In this document: piece by piece, positions 27,559 to 42,919 of the stretch | Layout: the number at the start of each line of letters is the position of its first letter | Numbering within the stretch: the first letter of the stretch is position 1 | Assembly (NCBI GenBank): GCA_951406725.2 | Contig: OX597825.1 | Coordinates: forward strand, 65,658,001-65,722,000 | Length of the DNA stretch: 64,000 nt | DNA from: Octopus vulgaris | Lineage: Eukaryota | Direction of reading: 5' to 3' | The notes under the pieces: generated by a model | Told to the model about the DNA's origin: nothing | The model's database searches: none | What the model saw: the letters and a program-made list of their open reading frames with translations, nothing else | Position numbers and translations under genes: made by a program

Positions 27559-27749
27559 CTCCCCTTCCCTGTGGCCAGTCTTGCATCTTCCTTCTCATTC
27601 AGAACCCCTACTACAAAATGATTAAGTATGGAAATGACTCCAACAGGACCAATGTTTCATCTGTAAAACACACAATGTGAAATATCCACTTATAAGTTGG
27701 CAATTAGTAGAAATTTACAATAGTTTAAATTGGCCGAATACTTTTGCTC

Positions 27750-27796
<47 letters not shown>

Positions 27797-27798
<2 letters not shown>

Positions 27799-27983
27799 TC
27801 CCGGGTTGAGTTGGGGTTAACCACAGTCAATAAGGTACTCAATACATAGCAGAGTAAATTAATTTATTTTATAGAAGGAGCTTCTACAGGACTAGAACTG
27901 TTTCATTCAAAAGAAATCATATGATTTCTTTTGAATGAAACAGTTCAAGTCCTGTAGAAGCTCCTTCTATAAAATAAAATTAA
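27797..27983. mobile_element. fold-back unit with near-perfect palindrome 27859-27983 containing HHR 3' halves
   Basis: centre catatg at 27918-27923; each arm reads ...GAAAC-A-GU-U-C(U/A)AGUCC. Confidence 0.7.
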
Positions 27984-28144
27984 AAAAACAAAAGAAAAAA
28001 AAAATATATATATATATATATATAATCAAAAAGGGTAATAACATAAGTTATTATTACCAGTGGCCTAGCACAAAAGACGAATTAGTCATTAGACAAAATA
28101 TTATTCATATAGAAATATAAAATATTATTCATAAAATATTATTT

Positions 28145-28175
<31 letters not shown>

Positions 28176-28314
28176 TTATGTATAGATATATATTCTTTTA
28201 TTCCTTTACTTGTTTCAGTCGTTTATCTTCATCCATGCTGGAGCACTGCCTTGAAGTAACTTTTGGGACACTCTGTACATATATAGTATTATTATTATTA
28301 TTATTATTATTAAA

Positions 28315-28613
28315 AAGCACCATTTGAGCGTGATCGTTACCAGCGTCGCCTTACTGGCACTTGTGCTGGTGTGCAGGTGGCATGTAAAAATACACAATTT
28401 TTTTCATGGCTGTTGCCAGTACTGCCTGACTGGCCCTCATGCCAGCGGCATGTAAAAGCACCCACTACGCTCCCAGAGCCATTGACGTTAGGAAGGGCAT
28501 CTAGCCATAGAAACTCTGCTAGATCAAGATTGGAGTCTGGTGCAGCCATCTGATTCGCCAGTCTTCAGTCAAATTGTCCAACCCATGCTAGCGGATGTTA
28601 AACGATGACGATG
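28315..28613 (+). mobile_element. SINE-like family C
   Basis: family motifs. Confidence 0.75.
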
Positions 28614-29192
28614 ATTATTATTGTTATTATTATTATTATCATTATTATTATTATTACTGTCATTATAAACTCATTATCATTTCACATCTGCTTTTCACTC
28701 TCAGTAGCATGGAAAGAGGACAGGAAGTGGTGATAATAATAATAATGATAATGATAATGAAAATATATAAACATGTGTATATATACAAGTATGCATGTTA
28801 GTACATATATATATATATATATATATATGGATATATGTAACTCCCAATAAATGCGTTGAATGACCTTCTTTCATTTGTCCACTCACTCATATATATGTGT
28901 GTGTATGTGTGTGTGTGCGTGCGTGTGTGTGTTCATATACATAAATATAGATATAGATAGATAAATATAGAAAGACATATACACATATTTATACATATAT
29001 ATATATATACATATCCACGCACATATATACATATACATATGCACATATGCATACATATATAATTATATATATATATATATATATATAGCACATGTATATA
29101 TAATATGATGCATGCATGTATGTATATACATTTCTCTTTCTATGTGTGCGTGTTTGTTGCACATATATAAACATGTATGCTTGTATGCATAT

Positions 29193-29224
<32 letters not shown>

Positions 29225-29759
29225 GTATTTACATATATATGTATGTATTGGGAAAAAGGTACATAAATTTGTGTTTAAAATTATTATGAATATCGCAGCA
29301 GGTATGAACATTAATTGTTCGTTAATATATGAATATGTAAAAAGACACGCTATATTCATCATTATTCATTCCCTTTATTAATAAGTAATGATTATTCCTC
29401 TCTGCTTGTGGCCTACTCATTAGAATAATTGAACCATGTTAAACAAATGAAACTCCTTTGAAAAGACATTACATATACAACCATGGAAGTGTGGTAAGGA
29501 GTTTGCTTGGTTTGGGGTTCGGTCCCACTGTATCTCACCTTGGGAAAATGTGTCTTCTTCTACCACCTTGTGTCGAACAAAAACATTTTGAGTCGATTTG
29601 GTAGATGGAAACTGAAAGAAGCCTGTTATTTGTAACTGACAAGGGAAGACAATGTCTACATCTTGTGTGCAATTTTTCCATGTGTTCATTTGTTGTCCAG
29701 CTATGTAATTTTTTAATCATATTACATATATATATATATATATATATATATTCATATAT

Positions 29760-29934
29760 ATTTCTACATTTAAGAGATGAGGGATTATGAACATTATTTA
29801 CAATTGACAGATATTTGTCCTCATCTTGTTTGTTGTTAACACAATGTTTAGGCTGATATACCCTTTATTAATAAGTACCAGTTAAGAGTTAGGGTTACTA
29901 ACTCCATGATTATGAGTTCGATTCTAGGCAGTGA

Positions 29935-29987
<53 letters not shown>

Positions 29988-30124
29988 TTGAAAAATACCT
30001 TAAGAATGAGAACCCAGGTTCAAAATTTCCCCAAGACACCTGATGAAGGCTGGAGGGTATATCGGCCAAAATGTGTTAACAACAAACAAGATGAGAAAAA
30101 ATATGTGTCAAATGTAAATAATGT
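29760..30124 (+). mobile_element. fold-back PLE pseudo-LTR-like unit in (TA)n
   Basis: arm 29791-29864 is the reverse complement of 30054-30124; contains an HHR. Confidence 0.75.
30036..30076 (+). ncRNA. hammerhead ribozyme remnant (degenerate GAAA and stem III)
   Basis: ACAC-CUGAUGA-A-GGCUG(GAGGGUAUAU)CGGCC-AAAA-U-GUGU; the inverted arm reads CAGCC-UAAAC-AU-U-GUGU. Confidence 0.65.
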
Positions 30125-30148
30125 ATATATATATATATATATATGATT

Positions 30149-30570
30149 GGCTGTGTGGTAAGTAGCTTGCTTATGAACCACATGGTTCTGGGTTCAGTCC
30201 CACTGCGTGACACCTTGGGCAAGTGTCTTCTACTATAACCTTGGGCCGACCAAAGCCTTGTGAGTGGATTTGGTAGACTGAAACTGAAAGAAGCTCGTCG
30301 TGTATATGTATATGTATATATATGTGTGTGTGTATGTGTGCACGTGTGTGTATATGTTTGTGCATCTGTGTTTGTCCCCACAACATCGCTTGACAACCAA
30401 TGCTGGTGTGTTTACATCCCCGTAACATAGCAGTTTGGCAAAAGAGACTGATAGAATATATACTAGGCTTACAAAGAATAAGTCCTGGGGTCGATTTGCT
30501 AGGCTAAAGGCAGTGCTCCAGCATGGCCACAGTCAAATGACTGAAACAACTAAAAGAGTAAAAGAGTAAA
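30149..30570 (+). mobile_element. SINE family A, full length
   Basis: head, internal microsatellite and (AAAAGAGT)n-type tail. Confidence 0.85.
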
Positions 30571-30772
30571 GGCAGTAAACTGGCAGAAACATTGGCACAC
30601 CGGGTGAAATACTTAGCAGTATTTCATCTGTCTTTACGTTCTGCCAAGGTTGACTTTGGCGTTCATCCTTTAAGGGTCAATAAATTAAGTACCCATTGCA
30701 TACTGAGGTCGATCTAATCAACTGGCCCCCTCCCCCAAAATTTTGGGCCTTGTACTTAGAGTAGAAAAGAAT
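30571..30772 (+). mobile_element. SINE family B
   Basis: family motifs. Confidence 0.8.
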
Positions 30773-31455
30773 ATAGATAGATAGATAGATAGATAGATAT
30801 ACGTGCACACACTCGCACACACACACACTCACACACACACACACACAAGGTTAATTGACAGAATTGTTAGACAATGTGGCCTAACTTCTTGCTGTCTTTG
30901 CTCTGAGTTCAAATTCCACTGAGGTCATCCTTGCTTTTGCCTTTTCAGGGTCATACAGAATTAAGTATCCTGTCCTGTATTCCAGTTTTCTGACTAACGC
31001 TCCTCCTCGCCCTGTTTCTTTCACTTTCTCTTTCACCATAAATTGCACTTCTTATGCTGATTCAATCTGAAAATTCAGTTAAGGGTACACAGGTCTGTGG
31101 AATATTCAGCCACTTACATATTAAAGTCACAGATTGGTGGTACGGTTGATTGAACAACTGACTTCTCATTACTGATATTGACAGAGAATCCACTACTGTA
31201 TACACACACACACACACACACACACATGCATGTATATATACACACATACACACACACACACACTTAAACGGACACACACACATACATACACACATACACA
31301 CATGCATACATATATATACACACATGTATACAGTTTATAGTAGGTTATGTATATAATACTTTATACATTTTTTAGTCTTATAATATATTTTAAAACTGTA
31401 ATAAAAGTTTATATACATATATGTGCATGTGTGTGTGTGTATATATATATATGTG

Positions 31456-31509
<54 letters not shown>

Positions 31510-32639
31510 TATAAATGCGGTCATACATGCATACACATGCATATGTGTGTGTGTTGATACATATATATTACATATTCTATATATATATGTATATATATAT
31601 ATATATATTCATGTGTGTATATATATCTATATTTATGTGTATGTATATATTTATTTATATATACATATATATATGTATATATATATATATATATCTAATA
31701 ACATACATATATATATGTATATATATAAACGTATATGTATAGATATAAACTTTATACAACAATATTAATATTGATAGGAAATTAATAGATACAAAGATAA
31801 TAGATACTAGATAATAATGAAATAAAAAACATATACATATATGTTAGTGAGCACATATATACATATATATGTGTGTGCATGTATATATATCCATATATAC
31901 ATATATATATGTATGTATATATATATATATATATATATGCATATACATATGCTTATAAATATGTGTGTACATATGGATATATATATATATATACAAATAC
32001 ATATATACACATATATATACAACACACATATATATATACCTATATACATGTATATGTATATTTATTTGCTTTTGTAACAAAAATTTTTTTTTCTCTCTTC
32101 TCTTCTCCTCTCTTATCAAATTCTTGATAAAAATATGTTTACAAAACAAAACTTTACTTTGCAGCGGAAGCGGAGAATTCTGGAAGGTCCATTGAAGGTG
32201 AAGTATCTATTGTTAAACTTAATCGCAGAAGTAGAGTATTGGTGTTCTGAGAGTTTTCACTTCATTCCTTCTAGAAGCTATACCACTTAACTAAAGAAAT
32301 TCTAATTGCTTTCACTTTGTATTCTCTGCTCTTTCTTCTCAACACCATCTTCACCAAATGCAGATATACACTTAACATAGACACACAGACATACTCAGAC
32401 ACACCCGTCACACACATTCACACCAATGACACAGACTCATATATATGTGTGCTTACACACACACACACACACATATATATATACATATACATACACACAT
32501 GCACACACACACAGATGCATATATATATATATATATAAGCTACATATATATATGTGTGTATGTAAATACAGACACACACACATATATATACATATACAGA
32601 TACATATAGCTACTTATATATACATATATATATATATAA

Positions 32640-32697
<58 letters not shown>

Positions 32698-32944
32698 ATG
32701 CGCAAATATGGTGGTTGCATACTCCTTATGCAGAGTTTGACTCCTTCCTGTATCTGCACCTTCGAACCACCATGGCATCTGATGTTGCTTTGTAAACCAG
32801 ACAATATTTTGAAAAGACATCCACATTAGATTGCATATCTGATTTGGACCATCAAGAGCTGCAGATAAGTTCTGATCTTTATGGATCTTAAAATATATAT
32901 ATGTATGTATGTATATGATGGGGGTGCTGGAAAGTTATATCTAC

Positions 32945-33170
32945 ATGAGGTGGTGGGGGGGTCTGAAAAGTTCCAGGCCTTGAGTAAGAGTAAATACAGG
33001 AGGATCAGTTAATTCTGAATTTATTCACCATATTCCCTTCTCAGATTCACACACTTATTGCAACAGTCTTTCAGTTTTTCTAAGCTCTGTAAAAGAACAC
33101 GAAATTTTGGGCCACCAACCAGGCTTTTTATGACACCCTTAAAACCAGGCACTTTTCAGGACCATCTTAT
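32945..33170. mobile_element. mariner-like MITE (degenerate)
   Basis: ggtctgaaaagttccagg / ccaggcacttttcaggacc inverted termini. Confidence 0.55.
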
Positions 33171-33194
33171 ATATATATATATCTTATATATCTT

Positions 33195-33401
33195 TATCAG
33201 TGATTAGGTAGTGGCCATGCTAGGGTGCGACCTTGAGGGATTTTAATTAAACTAATCAACAACAGTAATTATTTTCTTTTTATTCTATCAGTCTCCATTG
33301 CCAAACGACTAAGTTATGGGACATAAACATACCAACACCAGTTGTCAAACATTGGTGGGGGACAAACACAAGCACAAAGATACACCCACACACACACTCA
33401 T

Positions 33402-33448
<47 letters not shown>

Positions 33449-33600
33449 CAACAGGATTCTTTCAGTTTCTGTCGACCAAATCCTCTCAGCAAGCTTTGGC
33501 TAGCCCAAGGCTGTAGTAGAAGACATTTACCCAAGCTGTTACACAGTGGGACTGAACCTAGAACCATGTGGCTGGGAAGCAAACCTACCACACAGTCAAG
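33195..33600 (-). mobile_element. SINE family A
   Basis: family motifs. Confidence 0.75.
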
Positions 33601-33979
33601 CCAGCAACCTTTATATATATATATATATATATATGCCCATATATATGTGTGTGTGTATATATGAATTCACACATACATACATACACACAAATGCATGCAT
33701 ACACCCCTGTACACTCACACATGCATATATATGTATGTATATTTGCATGCACACAAATTTAAGCACAGAGTGATGCATATACTTACATTTTATATACACC
33801 TACCAGTTGAGTCACAAAGAGTGTTCTTACACACAACAGATACTTAGTATATACAAACAAATATTGTTCGTATATACACCATATATATATATATATATCA
33901 TACATCATACATATGTACATTATATGTATGTGTGTATACACATCGTACATACATGTATACATCACACATATAATAATAG

Positions 33980-34520
33980 CTGGCCTCCTTGCCAATGGCA
34001 CGTTAAAAACACCATTTGTGCGTGATCATTACCTGTATCACCTTATAGGCACTTATGCTGGTGGCATGTGAACAAAACATTTAAGCAAGGTCGTTGCCAG
34101 TACCGCTGGACTCGCTCCTGTGCAGGTGGCACATAAAAAGCACTATTTGAGTGTGGTCATTGCCAGTACCACCTGACTGGTCCTGTGTCACCTTACTAGC
34201 ACTTGTGCTGGTGGCACATGGAAACAACATGCAAGCGAGGTCGTTACCAGTGCTGCTGGACTGGCTCCTGTGCAGGTGGCACATAAAAAGCACCATTTGA
34301 GCATGGCCATTGCCAGTACCATCTGACTGACCCTCATGTCAGTGGCACGTAAAAACACCCACTACACTCTCAGAGTGGTTGGCATTAGGAAGGGCATCCA
34401 GCTGTAGAAACTCTGCCAGATCAGATTGGAGCCTGGTGCAGCCATCTAGTTCGCCAGACGTCAGTCAAATCGTCCAACCCATGCTAGCATGGAAAGCGGA
34501 CGTTAAACGATGATGATGAT
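33980..34520 (+). mobile_element. SINE-like family C with internal tandem duplication
   Basis: gctcctgtgcaggtggcacataaaaagcac occurs twice; (tga)n tail. Confidence 0.8.
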
Positions 34521-35389
34521 GTTTGAAACATATATAAGCATATAGAAATATTTAAGTACACAGCTTGAAGTACAAAAACACATACATTCATATATTTGTA
34601 TACATCATCACAAAGTTACCCATGCTTACAACATACACACAGTTTTAATTTTTAAATACCCAACTAAGTGACTGTATACATACATAGATATATTAAACAA
34701 ACACACAAATGTATACACACTTTTATATGTGTATAAGCACACAATTTTAGCAAAACATATAACCATATGACAAACCCATACACACACACACAGTCGCATA
34801 CACACACAAGCATTTATACACTCATGCACACACTGAAAATTGCATTATATTCATAGGTCTGATTGCTTGTTTGTTTTTGTTGATTATTTTATTATTTTTG
34901 CTGTTTTTTTTCCCCTCCCTTACAATTCTAAATTAAATTCTGTGTTAAAAATATGTTTTGTCTGGTAGAAAATAGTTTCGTATTAACAAAGAAACTGTAA
35001 TGTTACCGCACTAACAACTACAACAACTAAAACAAGAACAACAACAACAACAAAATAAATGAAACCGAAATCAGAGAATGCATAAATTTAAAGAAAATTA
35101 TTAAAAAAAAAACTGAAAATAAAATATATAAAAAGATATTAAAATAGTTTTTAAAAAATTAAATGAAATGGAAGTAAAATGTTTAACATTAGAGATAGCA
35201 GTCAGTAATTTGCTTATTGTTTTGGAGAACAATGACTCTTCATCAATAATTTCAAATAATTCTAGAAATAAGTGTCTGAAATATTCTTATAAAGATGTTT
35301 TAATATCTTTATCCTCGTTTAATTATTCAGTTGAAAGAAAGACGTTCAGAGTAACATATGCACAAATATACACACATAGACATATACAT

Positions 35390-35426
<37 letters not shown>

Positions 35427-35896
35427 GACTCACTCATACTGCAGTGAGATTGCAAGCTGGTGGAGTGGATAAGGTATTGGACAAGCAGTGCAAATATCGT
35501 AATTTCAAATATGTCCAAATTTTTGAGGGGGTCCCGTACTTTTTGTTAATTCCTTGTTTTATATTTTTATTTTATTTTAATTGTTATCTTTCTGGTCATT
35601 AACTTCATTTGCTTTGTTAATGTGTTTTGTTTTTGTTTGTTTTTTAATGCTAGGATGGGTTGGATGGGTATGTATTTGAAGTAGTAATTTACAGCCAGAT
35701 GCTCTTCCTGTCACTAACTCTCACCTGTTTTTCCAAGTAAGGGGATTTTTATTCTACAGGTCTTTGAAAGTTCAAAGCAACTGGACAAAATGGCAACCAG
35801 AAATGTAAACATATCACTACTGAGCAATGCCATGGTGTGTTAGTAAGCATTTACATTTGCACACATACATATATACGTGCACACACACACACACAA

Positions 35897-35945
<49 letters not shown>

Positions 35946-36540
35946 AGGAAAGGGAGAGAGATGGAGAGACAGATAGACGGATAGATATGTGTCTACATGT
36001 GTGTGCCTACCAAATTACCAAAATCACTCCCATAGCATTGGTCAGTTTTTAATTATAGAAGAAAACACTTACCCCAACTGCTGACAAGAAAAAAGGAAAG
36101 AAAATAATAGAACAAAATAGGACAAATAAAACAGAGAGAAAAAAGAGAAAGAAAATTAAAAAAATATTGAGAAGAAGGGAGAGAGAGTGATAAAAATAGA
36201 GAAGGAAAGAGATCTGGTTCACATGGTGACTGAAATACTGATCAGTATAAACAGATAAGCAGACAACTGTGACGATGTTGGCATGTTTATACTACATACT
36301 ACCACAATATTCTATGTCAACTTGTATGACAAAAAATTTGGTAAGATGGCACATTGGCTCTGTCAAGAAGAGTTAGTTATTTCCTCTTATTTCATGTGGA
36401 ACACTGGGTAGCAACAAAATACCTCCATCCTCTGTGGTCTTCTGCAAAAGATTAAGTATCTTCCCAGCTCACCATCCTGATCCTTCAGAACTGTCCTTTT
36501 CCATGTTATTAATCTGTAGTGAGAGATTAAGCCTCTGCAT

Positions 36541-37000
36541 TCTGATGGGCTCAAAGTGTGCCTGATGGGCTCAAACACTGCCTGATGGGCTCAAAGAGTG
36601 GCTGATGGGCTCAAACACTGCCTGATTGGCTCAAACACTGCCTGATGGGCTCAAACACTGCCTGATGGGCTCAAAGAGTGGCTGATGGGCTCAAACACTA
36701 CCTGATTGACTCAAACACTGCCTGATGGGCTCAAACACTGCCTGATGGGCTCAAAGAGTGGCTGATGGGCTCAAACACTGCCTGATTGGCTCAAACACTG
36801 CATGATGGGCTCAAACACTGCCTGATGGGCTCAAACACTGCCTGATGGGCTCAAAGAGTGGCTGATGGGCTCAAACACTGCCTGATTGGCTCAAACACTG
36901 CCTGATGGGCTCAAACACTGCCTGATTGGCTCAAACACTGCCTGATGGGCTCAAAGAGTGGCTGATGGGCTCAAACACTGCCTGATGGGCTCAAACACTG
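36541..37000. repeat. 20-bp minisatellite, 23 units, with 80-bp higher-order periodicity
   Basis: unit cctgatgggctcaaacactg with variants recurring in A-B-C-D order. Confidence 0.95.
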
Positions 37001-37146
37001 CCTGTGCCTGAGGTGGCTGTTCAGACCAAGGACAGTATAGAAGATCTAGGGTTGGGCAAGGAAATGTGAGCCACACTTTGCATCTTCAACATCTGATCTC
37101 TGCCTTTTGACATCTGAAACGCCTGTTTCCATTATTAAACAGGTGT

Positions 37147-37390
37147 CCATGTTTCTATTTTCCTCCTTCTGGCTTCCAGTTGAGAGAGAGAGAGAGAGAG
37201 AGAGAGAGCTGTGTGTATCTTTTTAATGGCATTCTAAAGACATCTCCAAGAAACTTCAGCTGATGATCTTTCACTACGATGCTAAGTGGTTTCTGCTTGG
37301 TTCTCCCATAGACTTCTTCACTGGTTTTCCTGTTGAGAATTTTTTGGAGGTACCTCTAGTGAAATACATCTAACTGGAGAACGAGTCCTA
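37147..37390 (-). pseudogene. RTE-clade LINE ORF2 C-terminal remnant
   Basis: LQLDVFH*RYLQKIL...SEEVYGRTKQKPLSIVVKDHQLKFLGDVFRMP...WKPEGG, interrupted by (GA)n. Confidence 0.7.
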
Positions 37391-37609
37391 CTGTCATCTT
37401 CCCTATTTCACTGGTATAGATCATCAATATAATTGACAGGGAAGTGTATCGACTATATTTACAGTTTAGAACCAGTGACAAAACCATAGAAACTTCAACT
37501 TTTCATGAATTAACCGCTATCATGGCAAAGGGCTGAGATGTCTAACACCTTGCTGTTCTCAAGAAAACTTGTATTCTGCAGCAGAAGTTTTAAGACCAAT
37601 GCCTCTGTT

Positions 37610-37972
37610 GGTAGTACCATGTAAAAGTATATGTGTGGTGCCATGTAAAAGCATCTGTGCAGTGCTACTTAAAAGTGCCCATGCAGTGCCACGTAAAGGC
37701 ACCTGTGTGACACTACATAAATGCATCTGTACAGTGCCATGCAAAAGTGCCTGTGCAGTGGCACATAGAAGCACGCAGCACACTCTGTAAAGGGGTTGAT
37801 GTTAGGAAAGGCACCCAGTCATAGGAACTATGCCAAATCAGACTGGAGTCTGGTACAGCTCTCCACCTTGCGGGCTCTGGTCAAACCATTTAACCCATGC
37901 CAGCATGGACAACAGACGTTAAATGATATTGATGATGATGGTGATGGTGATGATGATGATGATGATGATGAT
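37610..37972 (+). mobile_element. SINE-like family C (old) with internal short tandem units
   Basis: gtgccatgtaaaag repeats, then ttaggaaaggcaccc..cccatgccagcatgg..(gat)n. Confidence 0.65.
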
Positions 37973-38249
37973 TTAAAGGCAGCACACAGGCAGAACTGTA
38001 AGCATGCTGAACAAAATCCTTACCAACATTTCTTCCAGCTCTTTATGGTTCTGACTTCAAATTTCCACTGGGGCTGGCTTTGTCTTTCATCTTACCAGGG
38101 TCGATTAAATAATTACCAGTTGAGCACTAAGATCAATAATATTGACTCGACCCACAACCCCCAAAGTTTCATGCCTTGCACCTTTTATGGGGGGTGGGGG
38201 GATGTAAATTCGACAGCGGTGGTAGCACTGGCATTAACTTGTATCTGAA

Positions 38250-38815
38250 TTATTAATCTGTAGTGAGAGCTTGAGCCTGTGCATCCTGATGGGGTCAAAG
38301 CGTGCCTGACAGGCTCAAACAGTGCCTGATGGGCTCAAAGAGTGCCTGTTTGACTCAAAGAGTGCCTGATGGGCTCAAACAGTGCCTGATGGGGTCAAAG
38401 AGTGCCTGATGGGCTCAAAGAGTGCCTGATTGGCTCAAAGAGTGCTTGATGGGGGTCAAAGAGTGCTGGATCGGCTCAAAGAATGCCTGGTGGGCTCAAA
38501 GAGTGCTTGTGCCTGAGGTTGCTGTTCAGGCCAAGGGCAGTATAGAAGATCTAGGGTGGGGCGAGGAAATGTGATCCACACTTTGCATCTTCAACATCTG
38601 ATCTCTGCCTTTTGACATGTTATTTTCCATCTGATCTATCCTCTTGATGATGACATGTTACCACTATGGACACTCCTTGGCGATTGTCTCCAAGATATAT
38701 CAGTCAATGGAGCAAAAGAGGAGAGAGGACTTTGAGCCAGTCTCAGAAATGGAACTTGGGGGCACCACATGATATAGTGCCTCAGGCTAACTCCACAAAG
38801 AGGAGTTGATAGGAG
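38250..38815 (-). mobile_element. RTE/BovB-like LINE 3' remnant containing the second minisatellite array
   Basis: QLLFVELA*GTISCGAPKFHF*DWLK...LETIAK...GLNS(H/N)LR; 38250-38618 is paralogous to 36506-37113. Confidence 0.65.
38285..38505. repeat. 20-bp minisatellite, 11 more diverged units
   Basis: cctgatgggctcaaagagtg variants. Confidence 0.9.
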
Positions 38816-39699
38816 AAGCACTGAGCCCCCCCAAAAAAAAAAATAAATGTATATGATATTAAACACTATTAGCAGAAATATGAAATAAGAATAAAAACAG
38901 AAAAACTGACAAGATTCAAATGATTGATTCAAATCGATTCAAAATGATTGATTTATGACAAATCAATCACTGGTCAATAGGTGAATAGATACATGGTTTG
39001 TGTTTCCTCAGAAGATCTGTTGCTCTCTTTTACTGTTTGAAAATGGTGTTTATGATATCTGTTATCACAGCGCTTTCTGTCTGGAGTCAATCTCACGATT
39101 AATATGACTAAGTTTGATACTTATTTTGAGAATACATTGTATAGTTATTTTAATTTATGTCTTTTCTGTAGCTATAGCAACAATTTGGACCAAAAAGTAG
39201 TTTCACATATTTTGTCATTTATTCAATAGATATAGAATTACAATGGTGTTTCTTGCTGTGTTCAACAAAGCCCTCATCATTTTCAGAATTCTGTTTTTCT
39301 TCTGTGATGTTATTTTTAAAATATTCAGCTTTTACTATGCTATCAATTCAAAACAAATGTTTTAATTTTGTATTTTTCTTTTACGATCTAACACAGCTGA
39401 AAATCTTGATTCAAGCTAGATTATGGCATATTACAAGCAATTTAATACCACTCATTCAAACAGATATTTCAACAATGAGGATTTGTATTAAAAATAACCA
39501 TACAAAATAAACAGATAAAATTGGAAACATAGAAGAAGGATATATAAATAATAGTAAAAACAAAAACAAAAAAAAAATCCCATTCTAATTATTTTGGATT
39601 AAGAAAGAAAAATAAATTGTTTACAAATATAATGGAAATAAAATGAAAAATGATTATACTATAAACTGTGGTGAAACACAATCAATCTAAATTGTAGGA

Positions 39700-40770
<1,071 letters not shown>

Positions 40771-41217
40771 CCGAGAAATAAAAAGCTGGCTCTGGCATGT
40801 TTCATTACTGCTCGAAATCTCCCTCAAAAGCAAACAAACAAGCAACCTTCCCTCTTAGACCAGCAAATAAAGAAAAGAAAATCATAAACACTACAATCTA
40901 AATCAGTTACAAAAATAAATACTCAGCTGGGAAGGCGAGACGAATTTGCATATCTTGCAGTATTTAAAAATCTTATTAAATACTCGATGAACATCCCTTT
41001 TCACACTCAGCTGGTATTAAAAAACAATGAAGCTAAATTTAAAGCTTTAAGACTACAGTTTCTAATGCCTACAATGCATCTTGCTATTTTGCTATTTATT
41101 TTGCATAAAGGAAACTAAGATTCTCCATTTTATATATGTGTATGTATGAATATATGTATATATATATATATTCTTCTTTTTTTTTCTTTTATACATTTTA
41201 GTCATGTGGCTGTGATC

Positions 41218-41253
<36 letters not shown>

Positions 41254-41382
41254 TATATAATGTATATTATATATTTATATAGATGATATATCTATGCACA
41301 CATGCACATGCATACACACATACACACATTTATACACTCACATATATGAAAACATATACAGACATATGGATTATATATGTAC

Positions 41383-41468
<86 letters not shown>

Positions 41469-41902
41469 TCTTTTTATTCTTTTATTCATTTTAGCCATGT
41501 GTCTGTAATCATACATACACACACACACACATATATATATAATTATATATATATTTATAGCTGATATATCTATACACACATGCACACACACACACGCACA
41601 CGTACATACATTTATACACTCACATATAATACAAATACACATATATGAAAGCATACAGACATATGAATTACATATGTACAGATGTATATATATATATATA
41701 TATGTATATACATGCACACACACATGCACACACACATACACACATGCACAGAGTGGTATTCACTTCCACAATTGCATTCATACATACATTTTGTATCTGT
41801 TCAGAAACATGTAAATATTCCTACATTCACAAATTGCACAATCCAAAGAAATGCACACCGTTGCACATATTTATACCTATGCATATATATATGTATATAT
41901 GT

Positions 41903-41952
<50 letters not shown>

Positions 41953-42413
41953 TGTAAACAGCATGCAGAGTTGAAAAGTGACTGACTCCATCAAAAGATC
42001 ACCTTATATCAATATAGAACACTTTTGAATGTATTCACTTTAAAAGAATCTAATCTGTTCTGTTTAGTTTTAATTCTCAAAAATAAATTTTATCTCAGAA
42101 ATTTATCTTGAATAACAAAGGAAACAATGAGAGTATAAAAGAATGAGAGAAAGGAAGGAATCCAGAAAGTAAACAAGGAAGGAAGAAAGGAGGGGATAAA
42201 TTTGTTAGGCCGTGGTGGGGCGGAGAATGATATGTATAAGAGGTAAAATAAAGCAGTACATTAAATTGAGCAAAATTATGTGGAAATTGCTAAGAAAAAT
42301 ATTTCAACAGAAAAATAAAACACCATCCAGTTATCAAGAACAATGAGTCAGTAGCTCCTATTCCTATTGTTACTACACCTAATGTTAATGATTATTATTA
42401 TTATTATTATTAT

Positions 42414-42783
42414 TATTATTTCCTCTGTTTTGGTGAAGATGGAGGTATTGTTTTCAGTCATGTTTGTTTGTTTGTCCGTGGACAAAATATCACAAGAATC
42501 GTCAGATGGATTCGGATGAAACCTGCAGGGATATTTGGCCACGTGACTGGCACAAACTGTTTAGATTTTGGGATCGATCCAATACCAGACAAGGATTCTG
42601 GATTATTTTTCTAGTTTTTTTACTTAATTTTTGAGAGTGGTTGGGTCCATTTTTAGTATTTTCATTTGTGAGAACAGTCGAGCTTATTTCGGATATTCTC
42701 ATTTTAAAATCATCTCCAGTTAACCGTTGAGAGGACGTTGGTGTTGCCTTGGCAGAGGTTTGCACTCACTGAGTGTTCTTGTT
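42414..42783 (+). mobile_element. HINE/DINE-1-like non-autonomous Helentron element
   Basis: subterminal IR cctctg / cagagg, internal ggagg IR, (gttt)n microsatellite, 3' stem-loop gcactc-act-gagtgt, T-rich ends. Confidence 0.65.
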
Positions 42784-42919
42784 ACTATTACTATTGCTTT
42801 CCTTGGGCCATCTATGTCACATATCAGCTCCTGATGACAGCACAGAGGTGCAATACTTTCTTCAATACATGTGCCATTCTATATATTACTGCCAAATGCA
42901 TACTTACTATTCGGAGATA

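Noticed and set aside
32725-32890. Minus-strand CGCLFKILSGLQSNIRCHG zinc-finger-like peptide
   Set aside because: Adjacent stop codon and incomplete ligand set; possibly a LINE relic but not supportable.
36541-37000. Regular repeat array resembling CRISPR; the unit ctgatgggctcaaac also loosely resembles an HHR core
   Set aside because: Units are head-to-tail with no unique spacers and no cas genes, in a eukaryotic context; A9, G12 and the stems needed for a hammerhead are missing.
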